From: Octopus vulgaris
Taxonomy: Eukaryota
Direction of reading: 5' to 3'
Assembly (NCBI GenBank): GCA_951406725.2
Contig: OX597819.1
Location: 131,254,001 to 131,318,000 of the forward strand
DNA: 64,000 bases
Below the pieces are notes generated by a model. It worked only from the letters and a program-made list of their open reading frames with translations, had not been told where the DNA came from and made no database searches. Both the position numbers and the translations under genes were made by a program. Shown one piece after another: positions 62,231 to 64,000 of the stretch (positions are counted from its first letter, which is position 1; each line of letters opens with the position of its first letter).

Positions 62231-62485
62231 GTGTGGGTCTCAGTGGTTAGGAATATTCGGCCTATGATCATTAAGTCATGAGCACGATTCCCTTCGACAC
62301 ACTGCGTTCTTGAGCAAGAGACTCTACTTCACCTTGCTGCAGTCCACTCAGCTGGCCAAAATGAGTTGTAGCTGAAATTGAAAGGGGCCAGCCTTGTCAC
62401 AGTCTGTGTGAGGCTGAATCTCCTGGAGAACTACCTTATGGTGTGCATGTCTGTGGAGTACTCAGCCACTTGCACATTAATTTTA
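62231..62485 (+). mobile_element. older tRNA-headed SINE sharing its 3' body with family C
   Basis: Degenerate tRNA head, cttgagcaag...cagtccactcagctg core, then gccttgtcac...gagaactac...ctgtggagtactcagccac; second copy at 63238-63395. Confidence 0.7.
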
Positions 62486-62488
62486 TAA

Positions 62489-62880
62489 GCAGGAGTGGCT
62501 GTGTGGTAAGTAGCTTGCTAACCAACCACATGGTTCAGGGTTCAGTCCCACTGCGTGGCACCTTGGGCAAGTGTCTTCTACTATAGCCTCGGGCCGACCA
62601 AAGCCTTGTGAGTGGATTTGGTAGACGGAAACTGAAAGAAGCCCATCGTATATATGTATATATATATATATGTGTGTATGTGTGTTTGTCCCCCTAGCAT
62701 TGCTTGACAACCAATGCTGGCGTGTTTATGTCCCCGTCACTTAGCGGTTCAGCAAAAGAGACCGATAGAATAAGTACTGGGCTTACAAAGAATAAGTCCT
62801 TGGATCTAGTTGCTCGACTAAAGGCGGTGCTCCAGCATGGCCACAGTCAAATGACTGAAACAAGTAAAAGAGTAAAAGAG
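62489..62880 (+). mobile_element. SINE family A, full length
   Basis: Family A consensus with gtaaaagagtaaaagag tail. Confidence 0.88.
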
Positions 62881-63681
62881 ACTGTTCGTTGATCAGATAA
62901 ACAGGAACCTCATTGTCGCCATTTTTTAAAAAGAGTGAAAGGAAAGGAAATGTTCCATATCGTCAGGCAAAAGTGTCACGTGTTCAGTAGAAGCATTGAA
63001 AGCTAAGATGGAAATAATTGCTATTCCATCGTGTATTCGCCCTCGACTCATGCTCAGCCTGTTAACAACAGCTTACGCATCAGTGTTTGTCTAGGGGCTA
63101 GGCCTCCAGATTTGTGGGACCCACAAGTGCTGCTGTTAGGACCGGATTAACACCCATAGTGACCCTAATGACTAAAAAGATTTTCCTGCCCCTATATAGG
63201 ATTTTTTTACATTTTCTTCCAACCACTTGAAGGTTTATCTTGCTCCAGTCCACTCAGCTGGGTAAAATGAGTTGTAGCTGTGTAATTCAAAGGGGCCAGC
63301 TTTGTCATATTCTGTGTGAGGCTGAATCTCCCTGAGAACTACATTAATGGTATGCATGTCTGTGGAGTACTCGGCCACTTGCGAGTTAATTTTATCCTCA
63401 TGTGGTAATGAAAAGTGAAAGTGACATCTAATATTTGCTGTATTTATTATCTGTCTTTCTCTTTCAAGTCCTGTGTCCCTCCTCTCTCCCACCTATAATT
63501 TAACAATGTATGTATCTATGTATCAACTTTTCGTTTGATCTATGTATCAAAACAAATGCCATCACCATTCACTGTCTCTCTCACATTTTCTCTGTCCTCT
63601 TCTCTCTCGCTTTGCCACTCACTTCTTTGAAGTGTGACACACACGACAGGTATGTACAAAAGAACATATTAATATTATTGA

Positions 63682-63814
63682 TAAGGAGAATGGAGATCTT
63701 TCACATCCATAATTTTATTTAACAGTTATTTGCAGCATCTTTACAGGACCTACACGTGTTTCAACTGCAGTGACTGCACCCTGTTGGAGATGCAACCTAG
63801 CATTATGGTCGGTG
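63682..63814 (-). repeat. truncated second copy of the hammerhead-bearing repeat
   Basis: Aligns to ~59810-59931. Keeps GAAAC-ACGU-GUA-GGUCC but lacks CUGAUGA. Confidence 0.8.
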
Positions 63815-64000
63815 ACAAAGTAGGAAAGTGGCTCAAGCATAAAGCCAGAAGCATTATTGGAAAAGATAACACAAAGACCCTGCGAGAATCTATGATTCAG
63901 TGTTAGAATGCGATAGAGAATAGGAAAACAGATATGGTGATAATGAAGAACAAAATCAAACAGTGCTGAATCATAGATATAACATGCTTAGGTGACAACA

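Noticed and set aside
63903-63974. Hydrophobic ORF MIQHCLILFFIITISVFLFSIAF on - as SCPEP1 signal-peptide exon
   Set aside because: Ends in TAA without a convincing phase-1 splice donor.

Overview
AT-rich, repeat-dense animal genomic DNA. The SINE and RTE repeat families look like Octopus (coleoid cephalopod) repeats; this is recognition, not a database hit. Two convergent spliced genes can be rebuilt by hand with canonical GT-AG borders and consistent reading phase. (1) MED21 (Mediator subunit 21) on +: coding exons 2-4 at 3713-10850, exon 1 apparently upstream of the window. (2) A SCPEP1/RISC-like serine carboxypeptidase (family S10) on -: 11 coding exons from 57007 down to 16171 with an intact Ser-Asp-His triad; the signal-peptide exon was not found. 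Most of the rest is transposon debris: RTE LINEs and their tails, CR1 and Dong/R4-like 3' ends, at least three tRNA-derived SINE families, Tc1/mariner remnants, hAT and piggyBac-type MITEs, a Helitron, and mini/microsatellites. The most unusual signals are a type I hammerhead ribozyme motif (59863-59948, -) with a truncated second copy, a 28S rRNA peptidyl-transferase-centre fragment about 120 bp from it, three long near-perfect intronic fold-backs in SCPEP1, and a 19-bp minisatellite built from a SINE 5' end. Most ORFs in the supplied track are spurious.
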